Assembly (NCBI GenBank): GCA_035221665.1
Contig: CM069141.1
Coordinates: 25,358,001-25,422,000 of the forward strand
Reading direction: 5' to 3'
DNA length: 64,000 nt
Origin: Okamejei kenojei
Taxonomy: Eukaryota
The notes under the pieces were generated by a model. It saw nothing but the letters and a program-made list of their open reading frames with translations. It was not told where the DNA came from and searched no databases. The translations under genes were made by a program, and so were the position numbers. Of the stretch, positions 61,976-64,000 are shown piece by piece; within the stretch, counting starts at the first letter, position 1; each line of letters begins with the position of its first letter.

Positions 61976-64000
61976 ATGCAAGACTTACAAACAAATATGG
62001 GGAATGGAGGAATAACATTTTGTAGCTGGAATGTTAAAGGTATTAACGAACCAATTAAGAGACGTAACGTATTAGCACATTTAAAAGCACTTAAAGTAGA
62101 TGTGGTATTCATCCAAGAGACACATCTAAAAAAAGAGGCAGAACATAGATTAAATGCTAAATGGATTGACAAAGTGTATCATTCTTCTTTCACACACAAA
62201 TCTAGAGGTGTAGCAATATTAATTCGTAAAGGCACTTCATTTAAACATCAACAATAACTGATAGTGATGGTAGATATATTATTGTAATAGGAGAATTATA
62301 CACACAAAAAATGATTTTTGTCAATGTATACGGCCCAAATTTTCACAGCCCGCTGTTTTTAAAACATATATATTTAATACTATCCCGGAATTATCACAAC
62401 ACAACCTAATAATTGGAGGAGATTTAAATTGTACACTAGATCCTTATTTGGACAGGTCATCAAAACAACGGAAACTTAAATCACATTCCAGTGATCTAAT
62501 AAATGCATATACAGATACTAGTAATATTAAAGATGTTTGGAGAATGCAAAACCCAGCTGGACGAGAATACTCATTTTACTCACCTGTGCATAAAACTTAT
62601 TCAAGAATAGATTATTTTTTGGTAGATTTAAAACTTATCCCACTCACTTATAATTCCAGATATCATTATATTATAATTTCAGATCATACACCTCTAACTT
62701 TTATGATGAAAATAACTGGTAAAACGTAAAAACAGGGACAATGGAGATTTAACCCACAAATTTTAAAAGACAAAATAACTCAAGAATACATCACAAAACA
62801 GATCAAGATTTTCTTTGAAATAAATGATACGCCAGAAATATCTTCGTCCCTATTATGGGAAACTTTTAAAGCGTATCTTCGGGGAATTATGATATCCTCT
62901 CAAGCATTTTATAATAAAGAGAATCGGAGGGAACAACAGGCATTGGAAAAGGAGATCAAACAATTAGACACAGAAAACGCTGTTAACCCAACCATGATAA
63001 ATCATAATAAAATCTTTGCATTGAGATATAAATTAAATAAAATACAGTCAGACCAAGTTGTAAAACGATCCCAATATACTAAACAAATACAATTTGAATT
63101 AAATTATTTAAATAATTTAAAAAAATTATTGGTTCATCAATTACGAAAATTGGAGGGAGAAAAATTAATCCATAGGATTAAATCAGACAAAGTGGAATTA
63201 TTAGTACAAACTAAAGATATAAATGAGAGATTTTTGCAATATTATAAAAATTTATATTCAGCCAAAACGACAGAAAATCAGATAGGAGTAGAAACATTTT
63301 TTTAAAAATGTAATCTAAAAGGACTGGATTCGGAAAATAGAGAATCACTAAACGCTGAAATAACTACCAAAGAAATCGAAGAAGCTATTAGGTCATTAAA
63401 AAATGGTAAAACTCCAGGACCGGATGGTATTGGATCAGAATTTTATAAAATATTCTATGATATGATAGCTCCACCGTTTGAAGACACTTTATGAACACAT
63501 TTATGCACAACAGAAGTTACCAGAAACATTAAACAAATCTATTATAATGCTCATACCTAAATCAGATAAAAATCTGGATGATCCAGGGTCGTATAGAGCC
63601 ATAGCTCTTTTAAATACTGATCAAAAAATATTAACCAAAATACTAGCACAAAGACTAAATATAATGATTAATAAAGTAATTCATTCAGATCAAACAGGAT
63701 TTATACCAAAATGATACTCCTCAAACAACCTGAGAAGATTATTCAATATTATATACTCGAAAAGAAACATTAATAAAGATTTATCAATTATTTCATTGGA
63801 CGCAGAGAAAGCTTTTGATCAGATTGAATGGTCTTATTTATTTTCGGTTATGGAAACTTTTCAGTTGGGAGAGAAGTTTATAACATGGGTTAAGCTACTA
63901 TATACCAAGCCAACAGCTAGAATATTAATAAATCAAATGTTAACTACTAAATTTAATTTATTCCGAGGCTGTAGACAAGGTTGTCCTCTATGTCCACTAC
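61976..64000 (+). pseudogene. L1 ORF2 (endonuclease plus N-terminal RT), disrupted
   Basis: SWNVKGIN, IQETHL, NVYGPN, GGDLN, YSRIDYF, SDH, WETFKAYLRG, GKTPGPDG, YRAIALLNTDQKI, QTGF, SLDAEKAFD, GCRQGCPL, with stops and frameshifts. Confidence 0.93.

Larger units (their letters stand above)
59872..64000 (+). mobile_element. L1-clade LINE, 5' portion (5' UTR, ORF1, spacer, ORF2 continuing past the window)
   Basis: Starts GACTTCCGG with a CpG-rich UTR; A-rich coding strand; ORF1 and ORF2 motifs as listed in the next two features. Confidence 0.93.

Overview
Eukaryotic, repeat-rich non-coding DNA. The repeats (HE1-type V-SINEs, CR1/HER1-type LINEs, Penelope-like, Rex1/Babar, L1, Tc1 and Gypsy elements) point to a cartilaginous fish such as a skate or ray; this is inference. 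I found no intact host gene. The main finding is a 4-kb non-autonomous Gypsy-type LTR element (36416-40442) with a 5-bp TSD, a tRNA-Ser PBS and a PPT. Its pol is replaced by captured host sequence: a gag N-terminus fused in frame to ASPM-like IQ repeats, followed by an intronless TLK2-like coiled-coil region. Other findings: (1) a four-level nest (Penelope-end repeat > hAT element > Penelope > Gypsy) in which the Gypsy pol is inverted at a PBS-like site; (2) many Penelope-end repeats with a minimal hammerhead-ribozyme-like core, often as fold-back palindromes; (3) several Harbinger-type MITE families sharing one TIR; (4) a nearly intact Passport-like Tc1; (5) a second non-autonomous LTR element and a solo LTR; (6) a tRNA-Pro pseudogene; (7) the 5' half of an L1. 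Protein and family assignments come from recalled motifs, not database searches, and boundaries of old repeats are approximate.
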